Notes: generated by a model from the letters alone, not told the origin. A DNA stretch of 64,000 bases from Pseudovirgaria hyperparasitica (GCA_010093815.1 ML996568.1); one strand, 5' to 3'. Counted from the first letter of the stretch, positions 25,428 through 38,349 are shown. A program made the numbers and translations.

Positions 25428-25520
25428 CCCCAAAACAACCCCTCCTCTCCACCCCAATACAACCCCTCCTCTCCACCCCAATACAACCCCTCCTCTCCAC
25501 CCCAATACAACCCCTCCCCC
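25428..25520. repeat. 24-nt tandem repeat CCCCAATACAACCCCTCCTCTCCA, about 4 copies
   Basis: Directly visible, immediately downstream of the RPA2 stop codon. Confidence 0.9.
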
Positions 25521-25524
25521 CAAC

Positions 25525-28500
25525 CTACGGCCTAACCCCAAACCGCATCCGCACCCCCATACTAGCAAGCTCACAATCCAACAACCTCAACACCCCCGGC
25601 ACAGCAACAACAGTCACATCCTCGCCACCCACCCACCGAACCCCCTGCCCATCCTCCCAAACCTCACACCTCGCCTCCTTGCCCTCGGCGCGCCGAGCAC
25701 ACCTCCGACACCTGACGGGCCCGCCACTATACTTATTAAACCGGCCACGCGCGGCAAACGGATCAACACTAGGCAGCGTAGCCAGAAACCCGCCGCAGGA
25801 GCGACAGCACCAGGCCTTCTGGTAGTCTGAGCAATTCATGAGGCGATCCTGGAGGAGGTAGGCCGCGCCATGGGCAATCAGGGCGTCGCGCTCCATTTCG
25901 CCGACGCGGATGCCGCCGCCCTTTTTGCGGCCCTTGATGGGCTGGCCGGTGGTCGGGACGACGGGGCCCGTTGTGCGGACCTGGTATTTGTCGTTGACCA
26001 TGTGGCGCAGACGCTGGTAGTAGACGACACCGATGTAGATGTCTGCGGCGAGTTCCTCGCCTGTGATGCCCGAGTACATGGGCTCGTTGCCGTAGTAGTT
26101 GTAGCCTGCGCGACGGAGCTGGTCGCCGAAGAAGGCGACGGCGGTGTGGTCTTCGGACCAGCGCCAGGGGGTGGAGTCCTGGGCGAGGCCGTGCAGGGCG
26201 CCGGATTTGCCGGCGAGGGACTCGACGAACATGCCGATTGTCATGCGGGAGGGGAAGGCGTGCGGGTTGATGATGACGTCGGGCTGGATGCCGGATTCGG
26301 AAAAGGGCATGTCGGTGCTGGGCCAGCGCTGCGAGCAGACGCCCTTTTGGCCGTGGCGGGAGGAGAATTTGTCGCCGATGATGGGCGAGCGCGGGATGCG
26401 GAGCTTGATGCTGAGGGTTTGGCAGGGCGTGTTGCCGTCCTCGGAGCCGATGAGGCGGACTTCTTCGATGAAGGCGTCCTCGTCGTCTTTGTATTTCTCG
26501 ATGTGGGTTTCTTGGTCGTTGTTGATGTATGTGTGGGTGGCGGCGTCGTAGGAGACGTTGTGGTATGCCGCGATCGGGTCGCCCTGTTTGATCTTGGCGC
26601 CGACGATCGGGAGGCCGTCGACGTCTATGATTTCTTTGTATTCCGCCTTGAAGATGCTGCCTGGCGCAATGCCGAAGATCTTGCTGATGGTCTTGGCGGA
26701 GTGTTTGCGGTTGTTTTCCTCCAGTGGGATCTTCTTTGTCTTGTAGATGCTTCCGTGACCGAACCCGCGTTCGTGGCCGGACTTGTTCAATATCATGGCG
26801 TCGTCCATGTCGTACCCGGTGTACGAAATGACGGCCACGACGGCGTTGGTTCCGTTGGGGAAGTTGTCGAAGCCGTAGTCATTATGCAGGGGAGCTCGGA
26901 CAATCGGCGTTTGACCGGCTTGAAGACGATAAGTCTTGTTGTCGGTACGGTACCGCAGTGCTGTTCCTGGTGTTCCCATGGTCTGTTTACCCATCTGACA
27001 CTGATACATATTTCTTGGAGATTGGTTGAAGTCTGAAAAGGGCGTCATATTTGCGACAATGGAGAGGATGTTTGTAGGATCGTACTCGACATGAGTGGTA
27101 TCCCCTGATTCAATCTCATGCTCTCTACACGCAATTGACATATACGGTTGCTCAAACGGACCAACGTAGTCCAGCTTGTCGAGAGGTAGGTACTTGACTG
27201 GTCGGTAGAATCGCGCCGGGTGGGAGAACATGTACACTCCCGGATATGTGCCACCGTTGGAGTTCGGAATATAGCCGACCTCAAGCTCCAGTGGAACGCC
27301 ATGCGTACCCTCTACTTTCCAGTATCGTATTGTCTGTGCAATCATTTTTGCTTGTTTCGGTGCGCAGAATCCCAGTATGCGCCCATCGAGCTGTACTACA
27401 ACGCTATCTTCAGGCGATGCCGACGACTTAGCTTGTATTCCAAGGCCTGCGACCAGGTCTGGGATCTTCGAGGTGTCGACCGGTTTGGTGGAGATTTTAC
27501 AGGTATGGGATAAGTGATTGAGGAGACCACAAGGCGCACCATCAGGCGTATGCACAGGGCACAGGAACCCCCAGCTCTCCGGTAACAGCTTTCTCACTGT
27601 AGTTGTACGTAGCTCGGCAAAGAAGCTACCTCTGTGAATCATGCGGAAATGGCTTATGAAGCGGTAAAAGTTGAGCTTTTCGGCAGCAACGGTAAAGCCC
27701 GACACCTGCTGTAGATCCAGACCTGAAACACTCGTCAGATTGCCAGTGGCAAGAAAGTACTCGAGCATTTGCCCGATATTTTGATTTGTTCGTTTCAGTA
27801 TCTTCGAGTCGAAGGTGCTGGATGCGAAATTTGGAGAGGTGAAGGATACTCCAGGGTTTGATCTCAGCCAATCGTTGATCGATAGACGAATTGAAAGTAG
27901 CCACTCCTCCAGCTTCTCTTTCAAAATCATGCTGTACAAGAATCCACCCAGCAGGACTTCTTGATTCTGCACGGCGTCAGGGTTGTCGACTGCGCATTCA
28001 CCTTCGACGAGCGAGAACAGCTTCTTGATCATGAACAGGAGAAGACGGAACTTGTCTCTGTCCTGGCTCTCGGTAACATTTGAAGCTCCTAGATGAGGCA
28101 ACACAATCCTCCTGAGAAATTCGGTACCAGCCTCTTCGTCCGTGACATCCTCTGCAAGTTGCAGGACGACCTTGAACTTATTGCCTAAATAGGCTCGCGT
28201 CTTCGATCGTCCGTTCAAGTTGTATGCCTTGTATGTTCGGATCATGGCTTCTACGCGGTCAATTACGAATTGCTTGTCGTCTAGGCCTTTCGATCCCGGT
28301 CCACCCACAATGCCCTCGAATATTTCGCGATCATTCGTCTCCACGAGAGCCTTTAGTATCATGGACACCGGGATCAGGTATTCGTTCTTCCGCCACGAAC
28401 ATCGAAACGTGACATTGCCGTCGTTGAGGTAGTGGAGGCATATAGTTTGCGATGTCTCGTCTGGTCGCGCAGATCGTAATAGTATGCCATGTTTGGTGTA

Positions 28501-29222
28501 TCGCGGGCCCCGCTTTGTAAATGACGGTCGGTTAATCGCGAGAGGGTAATTTCGCTTCGTTAGGATGAGCATTCGAATGAGCTTCTCGATCCCGTTCACA
28601 ATAAAATAGCCACCCAGCTCTTCAGACTCCTCCTTGGATTTCACCAACTGATATGGGGTCATATTCTGCAGGTGACAGCGATTCGTCTATAGTGCCCGGT
28701 CAGAACCTCAAGTACTGCTATATATAGAGCATTACTTACCCGAAGCATGACTGGAAGCTGGCCGAATTCCCGCACAGACTCGAGCCATTCTCCGCTGTTT
28801 ATCTTATACTCTAGCCTTACTCTCAGTCTTGCGCGATATGATGAATGCCTCTCCCTGCACTCGGCCGGCAGTATAGTTCTGTTAAGCGTGAACTTATTCG
28901 TAGGCGGTAATTCAGGCTTCTCCAGCAGAACTTCCTTGATACGCACGCTCAGGCGATTCCTTGTGGGCGCACCGCTTGCCACATCCTTTCCTGAGCCCGC
29001 ATCCAAATATACCTTGGTGCCAATCTCTTTCAATCCTTCACTGAGGATTCCGCCCTTCTCGAAAATCGCATTGAACGAGTTCACATGGGGCTCTATGGCA
29101 GCAGCGAGCATAGGATAGGCGGTGTGATCTTTAGGGGGGTTTCGAAAGAGGTGCTGCCGCCGCAGCGTGTCGAACTCTGTAGACCATTTTGTGCTCGTGG
29201 GTTTGGAGGCCGGAGGTGCCAT
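25525..29222 (-). CDS. RPA2: RNA polymerase I second-largest subunit; intron 28739-28687
   Basis: GGYFIVNGIEKLIR, RKLLPESWGFLCPVHTPDGAPCGL, GYDMDDAM, GDKFSSRHGQKG, YYQRLRHMVNDK, GIRVGEMERD, C-terminal zinc ligands. Confidence 0.97.
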
Positions 29223-30314
29223 TTCGCAGTCGGAGGTGGGTCCCGGATCGGGACAATTCGACGACGATAAGGTTGGGGGTGAGAAGTGAAGAGAGTGTCT
29301 CTCCTTAGATCGCACCCATGCTCAATACTCGAGTCTAAAAGGAGTTGTCAGGGTGGTGAATGGTGCAGATTATTGACCAAAGTTGTGGCGCATAAAAGTG
29401 CAAGCAGACCCGAAAAAAGTTTGGAATTTGCTGCTCGCCGATCGCGCCAAGGGTAGCTGCGATAAGATAAGAGCTGAGGCAGACATATAGATGCCTGAGG
29501 CAGGTATGAAGATCTGACTCCACTAACTTCAGGCAGAGAATAGTATGTAGTAATTAGCCTCAGGCAGTAACGAGTCACTGCAGCCTGAGGCTCAAAGTCC
29601 GTGTCCCGCCTGCACAAATGGAGGGTAATTAAGAGACAGACGGCTTGCATTCCCGCCCAGTGATTCTGCTGCACCGTCGTGTATTGTGCATTAATATATG
29701 TATAAAAGTTCCTACAGTATATATACTACAGTATTCTCATTGCACAGTCGCGCACATATGGGGCCAGAAGTGGTTCAGGACTCCAGCGAGAGAGAGAGGA
29801 CTAAGCGCCTTTGCTTTGCTTTTTCCAAGCTTCTGCCTCAATAGAGAAGAGAGGATTTGGGTAGCACCCGGTAATAGACGCTACAGCCTACAGCCTAGAA
29901 TTAGTTATTTGCATCATGCGAGCTCTGTTCGTCACATAATAATTTCAGAGATTGTTTACCTAGCTGCCTACTGTTTGACTGCCGTTCTATATACTTTGTG
30001 CCGCAAACTACGCCGCTGTCCGGCCGTGTTGTCACGTTTTCCGTTTGCGTTTGTTGCCCACTCCCGCAGCCGCAGCACCAGTTTCCAGCTCCCCAGCTCG
30101 GTCGGTCGCGCCTTGGGCTTTTTTGGTTTTCAAGCCACACTCAAAAAGAGCCCCGCAGCACACGCCAAACTTACCTACCGACCAGGATTCCTCATTCACT
30201 GCACACCATCACCAACTTACCTTACCCTCTTTTCCGTTTCCATCTCCTGCAAACGCTCGCCCTGACTCTCATTCTTCGCTCCCCTCGACAACTTTGTCTG
30301 ATTGTCTTGCCATC

Positions 30315-31442
30315 ATGTCGAGCTTCTTTCGCCGCATGTACGATTGGCTTCTGCGCCTGTTCTGGTCAGTCCACTGCCTTCCGTCTGCCTGATATCCTCC
30401 GCCGTCACCCCCGCTCCCTCAAGCTCTAGAAAGGGCGTTCTGGCTGCCTGTTTCGCCTTGCGAGCATGCGAGTCAGCTGAACATAAGCATCCCGACAGTG
30501 TGCTGACTCCATGTGTTTGCAACTATAGGGCGACAGAGATGGACATCACCATGATCGGTTTGCAGAATGCCGGCAAGACGTCGTTGTTGAGAGTTCTAGC
30601 GGTGAGTGCTCATTGTTTCGGGAGATGCCCGTGCGACGTGTAGGCGCTTGGCCTACTGGATTCCATCCTTCCCCACTAATGCTTGAACAGGGCGGCGAGT
30701 TCACGATAGAGTATGTGCCTGCTCATGCTTTTGTTTCAACGGCCGTGGTTGCAATTCGATGGACTTGTCGGTTGCATCCCATGCGCTGATTGCACCATCC
30801 TCGCAAGCTCGTGTGTTTGCTGACCCGGCCTCTTCCTCTTCTACAGCTCTATTCCCACTGTGGGATTCAACATGAAGCGCGTCCAGAAGGGTCACGTTAC
30901 TTTGAAATGGTAAGTAGTCTTCACGTGCTCTGCGTCTTGCAAGCTCCCATGCAACTCTTAGTACAAGAGGCTTGGCGTGAAGGATGGACCAGATGACCTT
31001 TTGCATGACGATCAAATGTTCGCTAACGACGTGCTTGGCGTACAGTTGGGATCTTGGTGGGCAGCCTCGCTTTCGTTCGATGTGGGAGCGATACTGTAGA
31101 GGAGTGAACGCGATCGTGTAAGAGGTTTGAGGAGTAATTCGGATGTGCATATCGCTGACGCTGACAAGGTTCATCGTGGACTCTGCTGACCGGCAAGCGC
31201 TGCCTGTAGCACGTGAGGAGCTCCAGATCTTGTTGGAGAAGCCTGCACTCGAAGGTATTCCCCTATTAGTACTGGGAAACAAGTCCGATCTTGCGGACAA
31301 GCTCTCGGTCGACGAATTGATCGAAGCCTTGAATCTGACATCAGTTGCCCATCGTGAGGTGAGCTGTTACGGAATCAGCGCCAAAGAGGAAACCAATCTC
31401 GACGCAGTCCTGCAATGGCTGGTCAATCGAACGCGATCTTGA
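30315..31442 (+). CDS. ARL8: ARL8-like small GTPase; 6 exons including a 20-nt micro-exon at 30691-30710
   Basis: [72 protein letters not shown]. Confidence 0.93.
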
Positions 31443-33324
31443 ATCGACCTTGGTCACGCCTCAAACCCACGCTTCATCGCAGCCAGACAGTAGGTGGAAG
31501 GATGGACGACGATAATGACCTCGACACGACTCCTACGCGGCATTTGAATTAGCAAGCAACAGCATTAATACGACATTTTCTAACGAGTGACGATTTGACG
31601 GAAAGAAAGACAGCAGCTCTACACTGCACGGCTAGCAATGGCCATTTCCCGACATAGTACCAGTTGTCTCTGGTATCGCGTTCCTTTTGTTTCAGCGATT
31701 CCAGACATTCTTACGGCCCAGTCTACGACAAACACGAGCGTTTCGCGCAACGGGTAATTGATCTATATCCGGCAACGGTGCAATGTAGATTGAGGATTTG
31801 AGGGTTTTGGGATTTCTGCAGTTCCATAGTCATAGGCGGTTTTTCATGTATCAATTCCCCGATGTTCAAAGATTGGCTTAGTAACTTGTAAAGACCCATG
31901 AAAGGCGTGAGAAGCGGGGGTGGTGACGGAAAATGGTAATGTTATCCTCTCCAAGTTACTATCTCCGATACCAAGCTGTGTGCGCGATTGCAGGTGCTGA
32001 GAGAGCGACTTTCAGGTGACAATGAATGTTGAAAGCGGCGCAGGAGCATAGAATGGTTCGCGTGATCAAGCAGAGGAAGAACTTGAAGAAGAGAGTGAGT
32101 AGAAGAGGGAAACAGTAAGGAAAGGCATGGTAGAATGTTATTTCGTCGCAGGACCCGTAACGGCAGAGCTGCCACTTCATCTTGCATGAAGCTAAGGAGA
32201 ACAGGGGTGCTTCTGGCCGACCATTGGCTGTATGTCTGGAGAAGAGCTCTCCACGTAACCAAACTATTCTTCGTCAGGACTCATGATTGACCCTTTTCCA
32301 CGTTGTAACATGCTGCTTGCTGGCAACTGATGGATGCACGAAACATTTTTAGTCCGAGAGTGTATATGGGCGTGGGAAATTTACTGACAGAACACTCATA
32401 GCCTCCAGAATGCGCCGCTCAGCTGCCATCTGTCATAAGACATCTGCTACGGTGAATACACAGCCAATACCATTGCAATAATAGACGACAGTATTGACCG
32501 AAATAGTGTGCAATGGTCTTAGGCTATGTGAAATTGTTTCACGGACGTGATCTGTAGCCACTGGCCGGATCAGCAAGCGGCCGAAAAGTCGCTACAAACA
32601 GAGCTTGACATCGCATGATAAGCTGGAGCTACTGATGAGATAGATGTAGCGGCTGAAGGAGGACACTCAAAACATCAGAGCGTATGTTGAGCGTAATTAT
32701 TGTGCGCGTATCGTGTAGCGCGGAATGAGGGGGCTATGAGTCTGTGAGAAAAACAATCCGACGTTATGCTGGAAATCCTCACTCACACACAGCCTTGGTC
32801 AGCTTTGCGTATACGTTATAATTATCGAGCTTCTATCGTCTCAAGGATGATGGCTGGGTGATTAGAGGGAAAAAAGCGCGTGCTGGCGAATCCAGGTGGC
32901 TTTGCATTTGCCCAGGTGGGACCGTGGGCACCTGTTTCCAAAACATGATGCAGGGCTCAGCCACACTGTGCGTCATCTTTTCCTGCCGAGCGCGCCGAGC
33001 ACCACCCACCAGGCATACTATTAAGAAGACGCTCCTTGGCTCGCTTCCATACATCATTCACTTTTGCATATCCATTTCTTCGTCCAGTGAAGGAAACCCA
33101 CTTTACTCGGCTCCATCATGATCTTGCCAAGGGACTACTACGAGTGAGCTTACCCTGTTTCTACCTCCCGCCATCTATATACCTATGACGACTACCCGCG
33201 CTGCTATTGCTGCTTCCTTCGTCACTGATCTCAGCTTCAACACTGTGTGCATATTCAGCATTCATTCACATCATCCATCCATTGCACCTTTCTTCCTCAT
33301 CTCTTACAACGAGCCTCTAACGTT

Positions 33325-33866
33325 ATGGCTAGATGTCGCGATGCCTACACTGGCAGAATATACAGATGCAATAGTGCTTGGTCCGATTGGGTCCGCTGGG
33401 TAGTACTGGCAGTCATCGTCATTGCATTCCTCCTCCTCTTCTTCCTATGCTCGTAAGTTTGAATCATTCTCGAATGCCTCATAGTCCCTCTTCTGATTAC
33501 ATCAGGTGCATCACCGCTCGTCGTCGAAGAAGAGCAGGTCGCACTCCCTTTTACGGCACCGGATGGGCCGTTGGTCGCACAGCACCAGGCCATGGCGTGC
33601 CCACCTACAACAACAACAACCAATGGGCTCAACCTGCACCACCATACACCCCTTCAAATACAGGCACTCCTGGTCAGGGTGGATACTATGCGCCACCTCC
33701 TGGTGCACCACCAGGCGAAAACGCTGGATACTATGGGAACCAGCATAACGGTGTAGAGCTTCAACAACCACAACATGCCCACAACTACAACCGCGGCGGA
33801 GAAGACGTATACGCACCACCCCTTGGCCCCCCACCCGGCAAGAAGGACGATGGGATCATCCGTTAA
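33325..33866 (+). CDS. RCR-family (chitin synthesis regulation / Congo red resistance) single-pass membrane protein; intron 33453-33505
   Basis: RWVVLAVIV transmembrane helix, RRRRRAGRTPFYGTGW, PPPY and YAPPxGPPP motifs. Confidence 0.8.
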
Positions 33867-34568
33867 AATCGCCTACGCGCTTTACAAAGACAACATACAC
33901 TACGTTCACTTCGACGAGACTAAAATGGTGCTATGGGCTTACATTTTCTGACATGCCCATCAAATCGTAAAATAACAATGGTCAGGCAAAAGCGTCTGCA
34001 GTAATGGACGGTGGCTAGGGTTTGGGCTTTCGCGGAAATTGGGAGAACGGCGTTATGAAGAGGTGATATCCCCGTGCTGCTAGTAACAATACTTCATACA
34101 AAATAGTTAAATGGCCACTCAAGGATTCATTTTCCATTGCACTGTTCGGGAATGAGAATATATGCGTTTGATGTGCTGTACTCTCACGTTCTATAATATA
34201 TGTTTTGACCGAAACCGGAGCTACGCGAATTGCACTAGTAATAATTGAACGTGGTTTGTTGAGGAGAGAAGCCAATAGAGTTGTGGAGCTGAGGTCATGT
34301 GACCAAGTCCATCTAATCAATCTGATTCTCGATTTGATTCGCCACACCGATGATGTAGCGCTGCCTCGGATCCGACTTTGCGCAGGACCGACACCGACAA
34401 GTGCGGGCGTCATTTATCAAACTGTCGACTCTAGATTCACCATCCACCATTCACCACCTCGTAATCCAACCCTTCAACATCCACCTACCATCGTCTCTCA
34501 TCTTCAAAGAGTCGCCAAAGGAACTTTTATCCCCCTACAAGCTACGCGAACACCTTACAATTATCATC

Positions 34569-35371
34569 ATGCTGCAGAGATTTGTAGCTACCGCCCCGGC
34601 TCGCGCTGGCAGGATTATCTCAACCGCTGCAAGACCTCAAGTCGCCGCTCCACTCAGAACCGCACAGCCAGCAGTTTCACGACTCCAATCAAGGCGCAAC
34701 TACCATGAAAAAGATAAGCGTCCCTCGCGTTACGACTGTTCAGTCGTGCTGCGGTCGTCTCACCTCCCAGTGATCGACCGACGCGCTCCTCCCAGGGCAG
34801 TGCCCAAGCCTGACATATCACCTTTAAAATAGATTGGAACGCTCAGCTAACACTCGCAGCACTGCTCGACCATTACAACAACCCCCGCAATGTTGGATCA
34901 ATGTTGAAGACTGATACCGATGTCGGAACGGCACTCGTTGGCGCACCGGCGTGCGGAGACGTGATAAAGCTTCAGATCCGAGTGGACCCCAACGATAACA
35001 CCATCAGCGATGTCAAGTTCAAGGCCTTTGGATGTGGTTCGGCAATTGCAAGTTCAAGTTACTTGACAGAGTTGGTGCGTGGGATGAAGCTTGAGGATGC
35101 GGCCAAGATTCGGGATGCCGAAATTGCGAAGGAATTGTGCTTGCCACCTGTGAAGCGTAAGTTCGCATTACTAGCCCGTGATTCTTCTGCATACTGATGT
35201 TCTCGTGTAGTTCACTGCTCTGTGCTCGCGGAGGATGCCATCAAGTCGGCAATCTCGAACTACTATACCAAGAACCCGAAGGCCAAAGCGACCGATCTCG
35301 CTGGAACAGGAGGTGTGATGCCGAAAATTGAGATTGAGATGCAAGATACGCCCCAGCAGGCGACTGCATGA
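34569..35371 (+). CDS. ISU1: Mitochondrial Fe-S cluster scaffold Isu1/IscU; introns 34714-34862 (AT-AC) and 35157-35210 (GT-AG)
   Basis: Presequence ending RRNYHEK, then VLDHYNNPRNVG, GAPACGDV, FGCGSAIASSS, LPPVKLHCS. Confidence 0.95.
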
Positions 35372-36690
35372 TGGGCTCACAGCCTTTACTGGTCTTCTCT
35401 TCTTTGTTCAATAGTTCTTGATTGGTGTTATTGCATCACATTCATTAGGCGCAGGTGGTGTCGGTGAGCCTCTCTTTCATGTCATGTGCGTCAATGATGC
35501 ACTCGCTTCATGGCTCGATATCAAAGCAGTATTTCGACGATCTTTTTTGATCAGTAGTTAGCGGGCAAAAGTGTTCTAAGAGAGAAATGAAACTTTATGA
35601 ATAATACAATCTAAAAAGGCGCGTACAACGGTGATGATTGTCAAGGAGATTGAAATGTCCCAAACAGTGGTCAATACAATGAGTCGTAAGAATGAGAAAA
35701 AGAGATTATGGGACGGAGTTTGAGCACCTTTATGGCATCTATTCTTAGTGGCGAATGAACGGGTCTTTGGATATCTGATGGCTTTTTTTTATCAGATGCC
35801 TCCTGGCTCCTGCCTGCCTGCCACCCTACTAAAGGTATGCGACGATTACCAGCAAGACAAGTAATAAGTCATACCACATTCGAGGCGACAATGGATGATT
35901 GCAACCAAACCCCGGGTACACACACTCGCGCTTATGAGCAAGTCTATACAGCTTTTACGTATGTATGTATATATACCGTCCCTCTGAAGTCCCGATCCGA
36001 CTACCACCGCCACGAACCTACACATCAAATTCGGATCAGATCAAATCCCATAGTCCGTCAACAAAGATGCAGCAAACATGGATGCAGTGCCATTACATTC
36101 CAGCACACAGATGATATCGCAAACACGCAAACAAACGCTAGCATATAACCCAGCTGTGCATATATCTGATGATAATTCTATATCTCATATTGTAATGGGA
36201 TAAAGCTATGTACGCTCGATGTTATTACATACAGGAAGCACAAGCTTACGACTCTACGCGACAGCCCTAGAAAAATAGATATTTTCAATATGCTGCAGTA
36301 ATTATATATGGACGTACAGTACTTGCAGCCGCTCAGCAACAGCAACAACGAGCGTTGGTAGCCGTTGCTTGCCGCCACTGCGAGCCGGCTGCTTTGCCGA
36401 GTCTGCTCCCCGGACCGCGCCCCCGCCCAAGCTCTAATAGTTACTAACTAGTGGCTGTGGGGTCGTGTGTGGTAGCCTGTAGGTAAGCTTTCCCTCGAGG
36501 ATCTCCGGTTGTGTGCTTCGAATGGGATGTACCCGCGTGAAGCTGCCGAAGTACACGAGGTGCTGGACAGGGCTTGTTTGTGTTGCTTTTATGGGCTTAT
36601 AGGGGTGTGGATGCCCGGTTTGTTATGCGCTGATCCTACCCTCTCAGTTGCCTGCGACTTTCTGAGCTGTTTGGGCTTGCTTTGATCGGG

Positions 36691-38349
36691 ATGGTTTCCT
36701 TCACACTGTCGGTGCGGGCTACGGCCTTGTACTCGCGGTCGGCCTCAAGGGTGAGTTAGCTGCTTGTATGGTGTGCAGGTCAATTGCTGATGTTCGGTAG
36801 CCGTTTGCGTCCACTCGATCGTTCTCCTGCACGGCACGCTTCTATGAGATTAACAAGATATATCCGTCGGCGAAAGAGGCTATCAAGGATATGAAATCAG
36901 ACTCAACACTCCTCTGTGGTGGCTTCGGATTGTCTGGCGTAGCTAACACGCTCATAAACGAAGTCAAAGCCACTCCCCATATCAAAGGACTTACTGCAGT
37001 TTCAAATAATGCCGGTGTCCCGGGCAGTGGGCTGGGACTGCTGCTGGAGTCTAAGCAGATCAAGAAGATGATTGCGAGTTATATTGGCGAGAACAAGGTT
37101 CTGGAATCGCAATATTTGGACGGCTCAGTTGAGGTCGAGCTCACTCCACAGGGCACGCTGGCAGAGAGGTGTCGCGCTGGTGGCCACGGCATACCGGCTT
37201 TCTACACTCCAGCAGCATTTGGCACGGTGGTGCAGACCGGAGAGCTACCCATCCGCCACAATCCTGACGGCACGGTCGCTGAATACTCGAAGCCTAAGGA
37301 TGTCAAGGTCTTCAATGGCAAGAGCTATATCATGGAGGAAGCAATCAAAGGTGACTATGCCTTTATCAAATGCCACAAAGCAGACAAGCTGGGCAATCTC
37401 CAATTCCGCCTGGCTGCGCAGAACTTCAACGGCGCCATGGCACGCAATGCGACTGTCACCATTGTCGAAGCAGACGAGATTGTTGAGCCCGGCGAGATCG
37501 ACCCGGTCGCCGTCCACGTCCCTGGTATCTATGTCGACCGTGTTATCCAGTCTCTCGCTCCCAAGGGTATCGAGAAAATCGTCAACGCAAAAGCGCCCGG
37601 CGAGGAGAGCACCGCTGGCATCCTCGGCACCGGCGACACAGCTAGCAAGCGCGAGCGTATAGTGCGGCGTGCGGCCAAGGAGTTCAAGAACGGCATGTAC
37701 GCAAACTTAGGCATTGGCATGCCGATGCTGGCGCCCAGCTTCGTCGATCCGTCTGTCGAGGTCCAGCTACAGTCTGAGAACGGCCTGCTGGGACTCGGTC
37801 CGTATCCGCAGAAGGGCGAAGAGGATCCGGATCTGATCAATGCGGGCAAGGAGACGGTAACGCTGAACCCGGGTGCCTCGTGCTTTGGGTCGGACGAGTC
37901 GTTTGGCATGATCCGCGCAGGGCGAATTGATTTGACGATCCTGGGTGGCATGCAAGTCAGTGCAAAGGGTGATTTGGCGAATTGGATGTTGCCGGGCAAG
38001 GTCAAGGGTTTCGGTGGTGCAATGGACTTGGTATCGAATCCGCAGAATACGAAGGTTGTAGTGACAATGGAGCATACCGATAAGAAGGGCAGGCCAAAGA
38101 TCTTGAAGCAGTGTGAGTTCCCGCTCACGGGCAAGGCTTGTGTGTCGAGGATTATTACGGATCTGGTAAGTGTTGCTTGAGCTGCGAATATGAAGCCGTA
38201 TACTGACTGGTGAATAGTGTGTATTTGATGTTGACTTTACGAACGGTCTTACCTTGGTTGAGCTTGCGGACGGTGTTACTGTGGATGAGATTAAGTCGAA
38301 GACGGAAGCACCTTTCAAGGTGGCAGACGAGATCAAGCCGATGCTGTGA
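36691..38349 (+). CDS. Succinyl-CoA:3-ketoacid CoA transferase (SCOT), mitochondrial; introns about 36751-36800 and 38166-38216
   Basis: CGGFGLSG, VSNNAG, ELTPQGTLAER, ANLGIGMP, LQSENG (catalytic Glu), GGAMDLV. Confidence 0.95.

Noticed and set aside
24694..25825. Repeat-encoded ORFs, or a CRISPR-like array
   Set aside because: Simple tandem repeats without unique spacers, in a eukaryotic inter-terminator region.
25870..27036. Long antisense ORFs over RPA2 (also over POL5, GCD6, SCOT and the peroxygenase)
   Set aside because: Shadow ORFs caused by high GC3 codon bias on the coding strand.
34793..34810. IRE-like CAGUGC loop (GGGCAGTGCCC) in the ISU1 intron
   Set aside because: It lacks the 5-bp upper stem and C bulge of a canonical IRE, and fungi have no established IRP/IRE system.
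34714..34862. U12-type intron or stwintron as the explanation for the ISU1 intron
   Set aside because: The donor is not ATATCCT, the branch site is not TCCTTAAC, and no nested GT-AG intron was seen that would rebuild a GT donor.
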